The position numbers and the translations under genes were made by a program. Source: Tubiluchus corallicola (lineage: Eukaryota > Animalia > Priapulida). Taken from it: a stretch of DNA of 64,000 nt. Below the pieces are notes generated by a model, which saw only the letters and a list, made by a program, of their open reading frames with translations, made no database searches and was not told the DNA's origin. Position 1 is the first letter of the stretch. The number at the start of each line of letters is the position of its first letter. This document shows, piece after piece, positions 1 to 14,573 of this stretch. The stretch is from positions 62,001 through 126,000 of the forward strand of contig JAQGDQ010000047.1 of the NCBI GenBank assembly GCA_030141605.1, read 5' to 3'.

Positions 1-160
1 ACTGAATGAACACTCATACTGTGATGCTTCACATCAGAGAATGTTTGCATCTTCACATTACTTCACAAAATTAACAAATATTACTGTAATTTATTTTAAT
101 GTATGTGAAATTAAGTTAAAATTTATATATTACCAGTAAATAAACTAAAGTTATCCTAAG

Positions 161-250
161 GTACGTACGTACGTATGTATGTATGTATGTATGTATGTAT
201 GTTTGTATGTATGTATTTATGTATGTATGTATGTGTATGTATATATATAC
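161..250. repeat. (GTAC)n/(GTAT)n microsatellite
   Basis: Read directly from the sequence. Confidence 0.95.
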
Positions 251-624
251 ATCGGGTACGTATAATATACTCGGCCCAGGCACCTGCACGTATCTTGCAC
301 ACTAACACAGTAGGCTATTGATTTATTACTCGGCCATTGTTGACATCATTTACTCTGGAATATCTTAATATTTTATGGTTGACTTGTACACAGGTAATAT
401 ATAAAATGATGCAATTTTTGGTCTTAAAATGCACATCGGCTTGTACATAAGGTCGACTTGTACACACGTATATATGGTAACCCAAAGATAAGCAAGCAAA
501 CATAAAAAAATGTACCTGTGTTAGTTTTATACAGACTAGCAATAGTCTCACAAAATAACTGTTTATTAAATCGATTAATAATCATCTAGCCAAACCCCGC
601 AAAAGAATTTTTGCGCATAAACTC

Positions 625-870
625 ACAATAACAACCCATACCACATCACTCCACTCACAACACACAACCCATACCCTACCACCCCACCACATTATCCACA
701 TCACTTCACCCACACCACACCACCCTGACCAAACTACACCACTCTACCAACACCACACCACAACCCACCCGACCACACCATCCACAGCACACCATTCACA
801 GCACACACACCACACACACCACTTCATATGGTGATCATGATGTTGATGACTATGATGATGATGACGACAT
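625..870. repeat. CA/CCA-rich low-complexity tract followed by (GAT)n
   Basis: Imperfect ACCAC/ACCAC repeats and a short GAT run. Confidence 0.85.
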
Positions 871-2521
871 CTACAGCCCCAACACCAACAGTAAGCATCA
901 CAGCAAAACCATGCAAAACATTTCGCACAAAGTTGAAACGGTGTACTACAATAGATGCTCTTAATCTGTCTACCAATGATCAATAATGCGCGGACAATCT
1001 GCATAGTTTTGTTTGCTGCTTCTCAGATTATAATTAGGCTAACAGAACATAATTATGTACATGTATAATCTATAACACTGTAGAACGACGGATGATGACA
1101 ATGTGTGGAAGACCCACGAAATTTCTCAAACTCAAAGGCAGTGGATGTTCCAAATAGCGAGCAGCAAAGGGGGTTATAAAAGAACCTCGAAAATACACCC
1201 CTCCCGTTTTGTCTAGTGGACATCTCTCCTAGTGAAACCTTCAACATTTTGTAGACTGTTTTGTCCTTTTTCTCCAAGTATGTTTATTTCTTCTTAGCTT
1301 GCCCAAACAGTTACACAAATTGCTCTAGTTTTTCTAGAGGCTGTTTGAGCAGTTTTCAGCATAATTTGCGTGGTTGGGTCCGGGAAAATGCCTATAGTGG
1401 GTATTCGTGGCCCTCCTGCTAAGTCTAAATATGACTATTACACCCACTGTTGAACGGGCTATCTAACCATTACTGGCACCACCCCGGCACGTTCCCGTTC
1501 TCTAGAAATAAGAGGTATAAGTTTTGCAATTTTTTGCAAAAAATGGTCAAAAGGGGCCATTTTGGAGGTTTTTCGCCCCATATTCCTCACGGTGGGCCTG
1601 ATTCGAATAAATAATAAATCGAAAAATAAACCCCCATGTACGAACCTTTCGTTTGACGTATAGATTGTCGAAAATGGTGCAGTCGTTGCAGCTGTAGCCT
1701 CGTCAGTTATATATCCATATACATCTTTACCACCGAAATTAATAATGCACGAATGTTCCACATAATGTTTATCTACCTTTTTAACTATTATTTTTGGCGA
1801 TCATAGTAGACTGACAAATATATAAGTATATATGTTATGTATATTGCCTTGTCACCTTATAAGGCTATACATATTAATTAGCAAAAGTTATAGGCAGTGT
1901 TACACTGTTTTGCAAGTGAGACTTTCTTGAAATGGAACTGGTACTAACTCGTAGTTGTTTGTTCAGGTGGAGATAACAAAAAAAGTACTAAACACTTCCT
2001 CTGAGACCTCAATGAAATAGTTCACGAATGTTTCTTGCACGTGATGTTCAGTCAAATTTTGTAGAAAAAGAACCAGTAAAAAGATTTCCATTTTGGTGCC
2101 ATATACCTGGCTTTCTTCACAAAGTTTATTGGAAGTCTGTTAGATAGTCTTTGCGTAATAGGCTTACTGGCATAACAACCAAACAAACAGACAAAGAAGC
2201 AAACTGTGTTGAAGCATAACTTTCTTGACAAAGGTAAAAATAACTAAAATAATTGTCCCCCACTGTAACCCTAACCCTAACACACATATTTTACTACTAA
2301 GTGTGCCATTTTCCTGTGCCATTTTACTTACATTCTTATTTTGTCTATATACTTGTCTGTAAGGAAAAGCTATGTAACTGTGAGTGATGCTGACAGAGGT
2401 TATCAACGTGGCAAGTGTTCAGTCTGCTACGTTTACAGCAAAAAATTGCATTATTTAGTGGGTTATTTTTTTTACTTTAGAATGGTAAATTTTTGGTGAA
2501 CTTTTGAGATTTTTCACTGCT

Positions 2522-2779
2522 TGTTATCTGGTGAGGTCGAGGTATTAACTGGTGAGCTCAAGATATTATTTGGTGAGCTCGAGATGCTGTCTGGTGAACT
2601 GGAGATATTATCTTGTGAGCTCGAGATGCTATCTGATGAGCTCGAGATATCTTGTGAGCTCAAGATACTATTTAGTAAGCTCAAGATGTTATCTGGTGAG
2701 CTTGAGCTCTTATCTAGTCAGCTCGAGATGTTATCAGGTGAGATTGAGATATTATCTGGTAAGCTGAAGATACTATCTG
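2522..2779. repeat. 21-bp minisatellite, about 12 imperfect copies (TTATCTGGTGAGCTCGAGATR)
   Basis: The periodic unit is visible directly and contains overlapping GAGCTC/CTCGAG palindromes. Confidence 0.92.
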
Positions 2780-5700
2780 TTTTTTCTCGATAGATATTTT
2801 CTCGAATATTCGATTTGGAAGAAATAAAGCTATGTTCCTTCTTTAGTATTCATGTCAAAATTGCTCACAGTATTATAAGTCACTTTTACTTTGCATTTAG
2901 TTGGCATTTATCACATCACTTGATCACACGCTGTGGTTTCATGAGCATTTCAAAGCAGACGAGTGGTTGCTGCTGGAATGTGAGTCTCCACAGTCAGGTA
3001 AGTTCAAGTTTATTGTTATGTATGAAATATAACATAACCACGTTGCTGTAGAGCAAAAATTGTGGAGGCTGTCCCATTTATTTAGATTTAGACTTGTGGA
3101 AATTTTATTTAATTAACAAGTTTTTGATTCACAAGTGCTTTTTAATAGTTTAATAACAGGGAAACTAAGATATTTAGTATTATGCAAAGGAACATTTTTA
3201 TACCTGTGTTTTTTTAATAAATATTTTGTATAAACTAATGATTGAATAAAATTAGTTATTATATTGCTGATGGTTATCATTAAGTTCAAAACAAATATTT
3301 TTGCCTGCACTATATGCACTATTTGCCTGTACTGTAAGATACAGATGCATATTTTGTCATCACTTGTTTTGAACGAGGAAAGAAATAGAAATTATTAATG
3401 CAAATAAAAATCCTTATTTCAACTAAAGCAACGACTAATGTTCAGTGAGTACAAATCTATTGGATAAGTATAATTAAGTCTATTGGCACGGTTTTTTCGT
3501 GGAGATGTAGCTGGTATGAGAGATAAGAACTAAGACTGTTAAGAGAAATGGCGTTCAGATTTTAAACAAGTGTCACTGAAGCTGTGCTGTGGGCCCCAGC
3601 GTCCTGTGTATTTATTTTGAAGTTGTAGTTCATGATGGACAGATGTGTATGGGCAGCATGGAACAGCATTCACACAAGATTTAATAGTTGTACGGCACTG
3701 CATCAATTAAGTGAGTTGTACAATATGTACATTTTTGGCAGTTTTGAAGTTGAGAAAGAAATATGAATATGTGTTTTATTTTTGCTAAGGTATTAATTTC
3801 AAATTGTTTTTATAGGAAACTCCCGTGCTTTAGTTACAGGACGATTATGGAAGAGAGATGGAACACTGGCTGTTTCGTTTGCTCAGGAGGTATTGATGCG
3901 ACCAAAGCTTTAAGATCCATTAGTGAATTAGTCAGAGAATTAGATTGTTTCACAGTCCGCGTATTTGTATTCAGGATGTTAACACCACAGAATTGTCTCT
4001 TCTCCTGCAAATTTATTGCAAAGCACACAGTGTTTTATATCACTGACCTTGGCCGCATTGTGTCTTGCTGAAATTTAGCTACATAAAGCACTTATGTGCA
4101 AGTGCGTCACATTTTGTAAACTAATTATCTGCTACTGAGATCACTGAAGGATTTTTCAGATTTCGCTTCGGACCACTGATCATACTGTTTGCCCCATCAC
4201 TAGTCCCATCCCATTCCCAGGGCTGCTGCTAGCCATTGCAGGCCCTGGGACAGCAAGCATCAAGGGCCCCACTTCAAGTGGCAGAACATTGCATAAAGCT
4301 GAACTAAACACAGAAATGAACCAAGCACAAGACTCTGCCATTTCCCCATTGTTGCCAGTGCCTCCACCAATCAAAAAGTACCCCGGTGAGGGATAGCTAG
4401 AGAAACGACAAGATGAAATGGCTTATCCACATAGACAACTTTATGAAGAAAAAGTTTTAGCAGCTCTAGCTATATAAAACCCTGGCTGCGTCCTTAATCT
4501 TCTCGGGCCCCAGTGCACTGACCCCTCCTGGCCCCCACTCTCATCGAGCTTGTCCATTCCCATGCCTATTATGAAATACATACTAAACACCCGAAAGAAC
4601 AATAGGCAAAAATTGCATCCAGTTCATCTCCTTCATTACTCATTAGCACAGGGCTTTGTACATGTACACATCTACCTGTTTAATTAGGCCAATAACTGTG
4701 ACAAACATCAACATTTTGAATGAAAGTTCAAGCTTATGGTTAAAATACTAAAATCTTTGTTAATAATGATCCTTTGGTCTTTAGTTTTTACTATCATTTC
4801 TGCATTTTATTCCATTGAAATTTTCTTTGACATACATATTAGCCTTACAAAAGTTGATGATGAGGTATACAAGGATCCTAACTATGAAGACAATCACCGG
4901 AAATGATTTGTGGATACTGAAATATAACTATCATGATCTTCATCAAAATTATCTCATGGTGCTGGTTGCTGTTCACATTTTTGTAATGCGGACCATGCCC
5001 TTCATTATGGGAAAAGACTTTTGTAATGCTTTTAAATGCAACAATTTTTACATTCACCATTCATCTTCCAAGATTAGTACAATAAAAAACTATCAGTAAT
5101 CCAACAGGTCAAATAGTTAACCAATTGGTTTGTAAATTGGCTACACTCAAGCTTCAGCTGGCCAGAAAGAGTCACAATAGAATATTTCCAATGAAACGAT
5201 TTTCACCAAGTTTCCTTTTCAGAATAAGAGGGACCCTGAAGGCTGACAGCCTTATTTATAATGATCTATTGGCATTTTCACGGTATTTATAATTTTGTGT
5301 GTTTTGGAAGTCATGGACTCCAAACTTTGCTAAGTGATTAAGAAGGACCAATGGAATGATATATGTCTTCACTAACCTGTTTAACTGAAAAAATACCTTG
5401 CTTCTTTTCCTTATTTTCTTTAAGCGATGTATTTATAGATTAAGATTTTTTATTGTTCTTATACGTAGCTATTTAGTGTTGTGCTGTAGTTTATTTTTCC
5501 CTGACTGTAAAACAATAATTATTGTAAAAGTATCAATGAATAAACTAACTAAATAAGTAAAATCACTAACAATAATGTGGCGTGAGAAGTAACCAAGATC
5601 ACAAGAATCTACAGGAAAGAGGACCAAAGAATTTTATATACTTAGTCATTTTACTTGAAGTACATGGTTTAAAATTCGACTTATAAGCAATATTGTCACG

Positions 5701-8700
5701 TGTCTGCATTTAAATGATCTCTGCAAGTGGTTTTATAAAAATAGACTAATTTTCCTCCTAATTCTTATCTGATGGTCTTTTGTCGGGCAGCTTCAAGAGT
5801 TGGTGTAACATAACTATTATAATTGTTCTGCAATTTTATACGTGAAATTATTATCAATTTACCAAACTAGGCTACCCAAATAATGAGGAAGTAAACCTTA
5901 ATGATGAACAATAATAAAGATTCCACAATACAGAAATTGAAAAATATGGCATTTTAGTACACCTCTGCAAGCCTAAACAGTGCAGCATAGTAAATTGAAA
6001 TACTGAACTCTTTTTTATTTCAATGTTGTAGGATTTTTGTTAATAAGCTGCTCTAAATTGTTTGGAACTCTATACAGCACAATAATAAAAAACCATATTT
6101 CATGACTTAAATTTATAATTACTAATTAAAATTTTTTATTTGTCTTGATCTATAATATAATTTCAAATGTACATAATATATTTCTGTGATATTAAATACC
6201 CTAAGAAACTAGGAAGCTTTTGATGGTCTGTAATCTGTGATAAACAGCAACTGCCTGTTCACATTGGCACCCTTATTCAGTTTGTTATGTTTTCATTAAT
6301 TCATTCACACGATGTGTCGTTAATATTACTGTAATCAATAACCATTGTAGTTTTTGTTAATTCTGTCTTGAAAAGACATTCTGTAACAACTGCCTTTTGA
6401 AACTACTTCCACAATTTACTATTTAACTGAATTGTGCTTAAAAAATTTATCTGCATTTTCTGCGAGGTTTGTTTCAGGAGCTAGAAGCAGCTTAATCACC
6501 TTGCCATGCATGTGCATAAGAGAGGTTAAATGGGTTCAGTTCAGTAAAAATTATTTTGGTTTTTATACATTCTCATCTGTTAGTTGGTCTTTTAAACATA
6601 TCTTCAATATTCACACTTCTGTTGTAAAGCTTCAAAAAGTCATTTGGGCAATTTGACAATTACAGCAATATCATAGTTTTTAATCAATCAGCTTGCAATT
6701 TAGAACAAACCCAGAATGTCAACTACATGTAGTTCACAGCTATTTGGGTAAAACCTCGATGTGAATTAGCTGAAAATAAATAGTCTGCTTTGTTTTCTCC
6801 AAATGAATTTCATGTTGTAATAACTATTCGTATGTTGCTGTGTATTTTAACTGTAGTGACTGTATGAAAATCCATAATTTAACATTTTACAGTTATATTA
6901 CACTTGCATTGCATTGGCACATATGTGTCGGCCAATTAATTTGATAGTGGTATGTATTTTATTATGTAATCATCTTCCCGCGCATCTATTCAAGTAATTT
7001 TGAAACTAAATCTGAAGTCATTTTAATCAAATTTAGCCAAGAATGACTGCTCACTCAGCATTTTATTTTATGTTTCCTTAATTGTCTAATCTGTGCTCTA
7101 ACTTGACATAGTCTGTAAACCGCAACAGCTTATCTTTCAGACAATAATTATAATAATTTTATTTTTGCATTATAGTATAAATTATAATAATAATGTATAG
7201 CTAATCAATGATTTCTTAGTTGGTTATAAACACACCTCTACTGAAAGTTTTCTAAGAAATGTCACATATTTCCTATTTAATAAATATTTGCTCTGGTTAA
7301 AGCTTTAGCAAAAGCAATGCTATGCTAGCTTGACACAACACACTTGTACGGAAAACGGTGTTTTAGTATTCTACTGAATACTAAATGCAACATTTCTCAT
7401 TCTTTTATATAATATGTATCTCAGACAGCTTGTACCAAAATATAAAAAATGGCAAGTCATTGCTGGGCTCAACTATTATGAAGAGATAAGATGCTTGAGT
7501 GTTCACAAGAAGCATCCAAACTTAAGTGAACTTATTTTAAAAATGTGACCTCATACTGAGAGTATCATAATAACTGTGACCTGTAAAAGTGGCAAAACTA
7601 GCTACACCTGTCAACATAGTGTTGCCAATTATAAGCTAGTCTTTTTACAGCATCACAAGTACAATACTAGCACAGCTTATATATGCATAGTTTAAGAGAA
7701 TATAGAAAACGTGAGCTTCAAATAACTGCCACCATAGTTACAAACTAACAGTGTACAGAAAATTATGTGTACATGAATGACATGCAAAGTATTAATACAA
7801 AAAAATGCATAAAAAAGCACAGTTTGTTAATGCTGATACACTTTAGGATTAATGATTATGACTCCAAGTTATTGCAATGTATTACTTGTGATATATTTTT
7901 TTGTAATCACTCCATCATAGCTAACAAAGACGTAAAAATTCAGGATGATACTGACAGCACAGTGTGTTCCACTCTCTAGTAATGTGTACTAATAGCCTAT
8001 AGGTCTATTAATGCTACTGAGTTAAGAACTTAACTGAGTGTCCTCTGATAAAATGACCAGTAAACCATGTGTCATATTATAGATCAATGGGTAGAGAAAA
8101 CTAGCTTTCGTAAACATAAGCCGTCATCTATATGCATCACATTTGCATAAAGTATTAAAGACTCAAGATTTTTTGTGACAATGCTTTTCTACACAAGGTA
8201 CTGTTAATTTCACAATAATTTTGCTAACTGCAAAATCTATAAAACACCAACGTCTATTGACAATTACAATGACTTACAGAAATACCTGACTGCACGAGTC
8301 TCAAGGTTTGACATGGTCACACATTGCTATTCATTAAGTATTGATTCATTAGATCATAACATTTCATCTTAAAAAAACACCTGCATTCATAATTCTGTTT
8401 GACATACTTATCTAACACTGAATTTTTCATGCAGGCTGAGAACCTGTAGAAGATATCATAATTTCATTTAAAACAATTCTTACAATCAAACATAGGCAAA
8501 TGATCCTGGAAGGCAATTATTTAAGGACACAAATGTGAACACAAAAAGTTTACAACAAAATAAAATTCATGTAATGAATAGCACACATCCTAGGTAATAT
8601 TATGTCACAAAGTTTCATAGTTTTCTGTGACCCGTTTGATATGAAATTGCTGAAACTTTATACAATATAGAGTCAAACTGACTTTTTAATCAACAAATCT

Positions 8701-8715
8701 AGTTAAATACTTATA

Positions 8716-8852
8716 TCAATGCTGACACACATACATATCCGTGTTTACAAAAGCACAGGAGCCCATGCCAGCCTTGGACATCAGCGCAGTGCATTCCTTC
8801 ACTTGACCAATTACCAATTCAAGAGGTGGTTGGCGAGGCATATTGTGTGATT
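8716..8852 (-). CDS. RANBP9/10: RanBP9/10 exon 11 (last coding exon)
   Basis: Acceptor TTGCAG|, encodes ESHNMPRQPPLELVIGQVKECTALMSKAGMGSCAFVNTDMYVCQH*. Confidence 0.92.
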
Positions 8853-9337
8853 CTGCAACATAAAAGACAAATGAGAAACCAGAGTTTATAAAAACTAAAA
8901 ATAAGCATAAACAAATGAAAATCAACAGCAGAGTATAAGATTTCTCCTAAGCAGAAAATCCAAGTACGAATGAAAGTCCCTAAGAGATGAAAACGAGTCT
9001 GGCATTTTTTTATTTAGTTTAATCAACTTTATCATTTCTAAATCTTGATAATACTAAAGAATTGTGTAATACACCTTTCAACCATGTGTTTTTTCAACTG
9101 AAGCTCTTAATATTTACAAGCTTTGGTTACTCTTAATAAACATCTCAGGACTCACACACAAAAAATCACTGTCTTAATGTACAATTAACTCAGCACGGTC
9201 TATATCTCAGGATGAGGAAATGACACTGAGCTGGTACAGATTATTAGGCAATCAACAAAACTTAGAATTCGATATAAATTAACACAGAACTGTGTTAAAT
9301 GGATTTGACCATATTGCATTTAATTTAAAGCAGATAC

Positions 9338-9449
9338 CTAGAATGGCACTATTTAGAGCTGCACAAACTGGCTCTCTTTCAACTGGGTTTAACTGATGAC
9401 CAACTGGACTGTTCCATGGGTCTGCATATGCTAACAAACTGAAAGCATT
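9338..9449 (-). CDS. RANBP9/10: RanBP9/10 exon 10 (CRA)
   Basis: Encodes [37 protein letters not shown], flanked by TTTTAG| and G|GTATCT. Confidence 0.95.
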
Positions 9450-9999
9450 CTAAAAAAAGCAATATCAAAAATAAAAACCAGCATCATTTATAACGATTAA
9501 AAATAACTAATGGTAGTGTCTATAAACTAGAAGGAACAGAATACTGAATGGAAACATGCAGCAACTACACCTAGGTTCATTGTAGCTTTTCTTTATTCAA
9601 CACATTCACCATGTAAGGAAAAGCATAAATGTGGAGAAAACAAAAAATGCATGTAAAAAATTATTTTTCTCTTATAAACCACAAATTTGCTTTCATGTAA
9701 TAATAAAACAAACAAGCTGTCTGAGCAAGTGAGCGAATTAAGAAAATTGAAGCTGCTCTAGCCACCAACACTTTTTTACATATGTACAGCAAAATTACAA
9801 TAATATTATCATTACCTACTCTTGCTCAAAGTAGGCTACAGACTTGTCAATGCATCTTTAAAATAATTCAAGTAAATAAATTGTTAAATACACAGTGTAG
9901 CCACAACTTGCTTTTGTACAACGTAAGCTATGCCAGCTGTCAAATACAGTTTAAACAAATGTGCAAGTCAACATATTAAAATCATAATACTTTTCTAAC

Positions 10000-10151
10000 C
10001 TGTAACATTTTCTTGTTAGCATCATTCTTGCCATGTTCTTGTCTGAGATACACGCTAAGCTGTTGCAGATCTCTTCCAAATTGTAACATCTTTTCAATGG
10101 CAATTTGACTTCCTCCACATAATTGCCTCTTTTGATGAGGCTGATCCACTT
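10000..10151 (-). CDS. RANBP9/10: RanBP9/10 exon 9 (CRA)
   Basis: Encodes [51 protein letters not shown], flanked by TTGTAG| and |GTTAGA. Confidence 0.92.
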
Positions 10152-11132
10152 CTACAAAAATGAAAAATAGTAAAACATTCATACTAGTACATTCCAGTAT
10201 TCATAATGACATAAATCTACTTTATAACACTTTTCGTGTAATGAATCTAAGTAAATATTTCCAAAATAGCCAAAAGAGATCTGAAGTTATAAGAAAGATG
10301 AGTAGAATAGCAAGCTTGCTAATTGAGAACAAACTCAGTTTTACAGTTCTTTAGTTTCCAATAGCTTATAAAATAATGTGGCCTAGGAAGGTGAAGTGTC
10401 GCTTGGTTAAATTAAGGAAGGTTGGGCCAGGTGAGCTAGTGGATTCGTGAATACGAGGAAAATCATTTCTAGGTGCTTTTATCTACCCATATTTCTTCTG
10501 CTTGTTTTTCTTGTTTAAAAGATATGTATATGCAATTGTGATTCAAAATCTCATCTTATAAGATTAAAACTGAAGACGAGTAAGGTTCAGTAACATCACC
10601 ACACTCAACATTGTAAGTAGACCTGAGTACTAAATACCAACCTACACAGGGTGAACAATAACACTTACAAACAAAAACGATAAAATGCTTTATTTAAATA
10701 AAAATGCAGATTTAAGAAAGATGACTGTCAATTTTTTCGCTAGCACATGCACTAGTAGGTTTTCTGAAAACAATTTTTCTGCCAGATTCAGCAAACTCAA
10801 CAACTACATATTATTCAACTTACTAGAGCTAGACATAATCTTACAAAATACATTTTCCTGGCTTTTTTCTGCTTTACTTATCAGCACAATGGCATGAGAT
10901 AATTTGCTTAGCTGCTCAAAAACTCGAGTGTAAGCAAGTTCATGCACCTGATGACCAAAAGTGAAGAAAAACCGACCAACTTTAGTTATGAACAGTCTGT
11001 TAACACTGAATTAATCTTCCATTTCTGAACAAACAAATATTCAAGTCCATCATTCTTTCATTATGACTGCTTGAAACGAAATCTGCTTTAACATTTATAT
11101 ATTATCAATTGTATTTAGTAAAAAATGCATAC

Positions 11133-11648
11133 CCATTTCACAGTCATCTTCATCGCAGCACACACCATTAGACACAGTACCATTGCTGACTGTTTCCTTG
11201 TCTTCAATAGTGAAAGGAGGTGTCACATGTACTTCCATGCCATTTTCATGGTCGAATTCTATGTTGTTGTGACAACTTCCATTCTGTGTACTGTTTATAG
11301 CATTCATATGCTCTTCTGAGACTGGTTTCATGTCCGAGTTCTGTTGCAGATGTTTTGTGTTGATTACATGACTAGGACTGTTGCTCCCAGACTTGAGTGC
11401 TGTACGATAGACTGGACTCATGCTGGGAGAAGACTTTGCTGAACCACCACCACTGCTGTTTCTTGACTTAGGGCTTCGGATTGCTGCCCCACGCACCTCC
11501 GAGTCTGTACCATTCACCATTTCTATGAACTGCCTACATTTAAGCATGAACAACAAATTGCGGTTGCACTCCAACAACCCTGGATATAGCTTCTGTGTCG
11601 TTTCTATGGCTTCACCCATCCTGCCTGCTAGAACCAACTTTTGGATGC
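11133..11648 (-). CDS. RANBP9/10: RanBP9/10 exon 8 (CTLH plus Ser-rich disordered region)
   Basis: Encodes [46 protein letters not shown]...CDEDDCEM, flanked by TTTCAG| and G|GTATGC. Confidence 0.92.
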
Positions 11649-12175
11649 CTGAAATTTAGCAGTTAATGCAGTTAAATAAATTTATGTTATTAAAATCAAC
11701 CTACGTTGCTTATAATTACAATATACAATTTATGCTTTAATAAAAACATGCTTCATTATGATGTTCACTTCTGAGATGTAGCAAAAAAATTAATTCGAGA
11801 TTCGCAAAAAAGAGAAATTCGAGGATAAATTTTCAAACTGGAATTTTATCACCACAATAAATGTTGCAGTCACATGCACGCAACTATTTACTAATTTTGC
11901 TAAATAGTGGTGATAAAATAGACTGCTATAAGAGCTGTTACTACATACATCATACAATCATACATCATACATCTAGCAGTATTAATTTGGTGCGCTGAGA
12001 ATGTCATGTGACATCACAAGGCATTACTAAATTTTAAACCAAAGTACCATTTCTTAACAGCACCTTACAGGAAAGCCGGACGATTGTGTACACATTAGTT
12101 CAAAATAAAGTATGTTCTAAAATACTGAAACCTGCAATACTATTTGAAATCAAAGCTTGCATTAAAAAATTAAAT

Positions 12176-12523
12176 AATAATTACCTCGGATAGCAAAATT
12201 TTGTTAAATTTTCAAAGGTACGCGCGGCTCAGTGAATCCACTAAGACTGGTAATGGTGCATTTTTGTCACTTATGTGTGGCCAACAAATAAGCGAGGTAC
12301 CGTGATAAGCACGATCATGAACTGCAGTGTTCATCTGTGACGTCCATGTGCCGTACAGCTCATTTTCGTGACATCACATCAGTGTCTTATAGCAATCTTC
12401 GCTTACACAAACGTGTTTGATGCGCAGGGAATATACTTACCATTGCACAAACTGTGATTAGATTGTGACGTAAGTGATGGCAATGTTCGGTCGTCAATAA
12501 TTAATTTTTCAAGGTAATTATTC
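12176..12523. mobile_element. Unclassified small TIR element in RanBP9/10 intron 7
   Basis: AATAATTACCTCG ... CAAGGTAATTATT inverted ends around a CpG-richer core with repeated GTGACRTCA motifs. Confidence 0.4.
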
Positions 12524-12914
12524 AAATATTAGAAACAATTGCTAAATTTTATATGGATATCTCGGACAGTAAATTAAAATGAGATTGAATCTAAGCAATC
12601 GTCTGGTTTTCTTTTAATATAATATAACAGTATCCAAATGATTCATTACACAGCGACCAATGCTTGAAACGAACAATCGTGTTCATGACCGAAGCTCTAT
12701 ATTACATGCAGCGACCATCATAAAAATAAAATGTTTAGTATCACACATGAAAAACACAACAATAAATGTTATGCTTCAGTTAAACAAGCAAAACTTATGT
12801 CACTGTGCATGACAGCAACAATTAATTTACATTCATATGCAACTCCGGTATCATCACACCTAAACCAGCTTTATTGTGTCAAGCTCTTAGTTTAACTAAA
12901 AAAACTTTACTTAC

Positions 12915-13027
12915 TCTGTCTGTTTTTCATGGATGTCAGCTCTTCTTCAAAAGCTTGTCCAGTACTACGTGCAAAAGCTTCAGCAGTTGCACAGTAACCA
13001 TGGTGTACTAGGTACGTGGAAACTATC
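12915..13027 (-). CDS. RANBP9/10: RanBP9/10 exon 7 (LisH)
   Basis: Encodes [37 protein letters not shown], flanked by TTTCAG| and |GTAAGT. Confidence 0.95.
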
Positions 13028-13310
13028 CTGAAATCAAAGCAACCAGTAAACCGTTCTGTTAAATATCCATACTAATTACAAACACAACTTAACATGGGCT
13101 TGCAGTTTAGCTAAAAACCAGTTGCTAAAATTTAAACATCATTGGCTTTTTCTAGTTCCAATGTAGTCAGTAAAATTTTGTCAGCCAAGAAAATGTACAT
13201 TATTTAGGGATACGACATGTCGTTATTGAAAAGTAACAAGAAATAACGGAGCTGCTGTGAAGAGACAATAATCTAAATATAATCTAAATGTTTAATATCT
13301 AAATACTTAC

Positions 13311-13393
13311 CTGTGTAAAGCAGTTTGCCACTCTCCTTTTTTGTCACACACGGGAAACCTCTCTATGTTTTGTCGAATACGAGACTGAATTTC
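13311..13393 (-). CDS. RANBP9/10: RanBP9/10 exon 6
   Basis: Encodes EIQSRIRQNIERFPVCDKKGEWQTALH-R, flanked by TACAG| and |GTAAGT, phase 2 out. Confidence 0.9.
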
Positions 13394-14146
13394 CTGTAAT
13401 CAGAGAAAATAATAATAAAATCTTAATATTAACTTGCAGAATCACTGCAGGAAGCACAAAGATTAAACTAAAAAATAAAAAAATCATCTAATCACTTTAT
13501 GGTCGTAAAATATACATGCTCACTGCCAACAAAGTTTTGTCACCTTAAAGGACATGCTAGAAAATAATAAAATAACATTGCACACAAAAAGCTATAACAA
13601 AGTTGAATAGGATGTGTAAATAAGAAATTTTGTGTTGTAGCTTTTTACAACTCAGAAAGAAAACAGTATAATTCCTTCATTCATATGAACTTTTAAACAC
13701 ATTCCAAGCTCATTTTTCTGAGGTCATTTCTCTTTCTCACATTGTGTTAAAGCCTATTTAGTACAGTATGCAGAATACATCATTACGATGTAAAATTGAC
13801 TTCCAAAAACTCACTTTTTATAACCCTATAATACAAATTAAACTTTGCAGATAAATAACAACATGAAATGAATATTAACAAGTCAAACAATATTACAATC
13901 TATTACTAAAAATTAACATTAGACTTATTCAACTACACTTAACAACTTAACAATCTTTACACTAAAGAATAACAGATGAATTATATGTCGATATTTTTAC
14001 AGCTAAAATTACATCGAATTACAAATCTTTATCACCACAAAAACATTAAACAATCCAAAAATATCAGTGTATGCTAACACAAGTATAAGTTGGAAAATTC
14101 TTAGAGGAAAAGCCAATAAATTTATCCGACAAAATCACATTCTTAC

Positions 14147-14248
14147 TTTCATTTCATTCTCAATATCATAAACAAATGGGCTCTGTCCAAAGTTAGTGTC
14201 CACAACTTCACCTGGTGTTTGGAGACCAACAGTTGGATATAAATTGGG
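14147..14248 (-). CDS. RANBP9/10: RanBP9/10 exon 5 (end of SPRY)
   Basis: Encodes [34 protein letters not shown], flanked by TTTAG| and |GTAAGA. Confidence 0.95.
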
Positions 14249-14573
14249 CTAAAAACAAATAAAAAGCTCATTGCACATCTGCATTGAAAGCATCAATAAG
14301 AAAATTTTGCTTAAAAAGCTAGGCACCTCACAATCTCCGGCACAGTATATTTATCACTAATAACATGCAATCAGAGCACTCAAAAATGTGAATTACAGAT
14401 CCTTAATTTTTTTTTATTATTATAACATTTATACTAAAGGTTAACTTTTTAGATTTGAGTCACGAACATTCATTGTTCAAATCTTAGATTGCAATTTCAT
14501 TCTTTTGATTTAATTTAATGTCAGAAATGAAGCTTGGGACAGATGCATCACTTCAGTCAATAGTAATACTTAC

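Noticed and set aside
744-1004. His/Cys/Trp-rich 86-aa ORF
   Set aside because: It is the translation of CA-rich and GAT low-complexity repeats.
2267-2281. Telomeric repeat (TAACCC)x2-3
   Set aside because: It is too short to indicate a telomere or a fusion site.
10975-11025. Possible extra or poison exon in RanBP9/10 intron 8 (TTTGTTCAG|AAATGGAAGATTAA)
   Set aside because: It has an in-frame stop after four codons and no strong donor. Exons 8 and 9 already join in phase.
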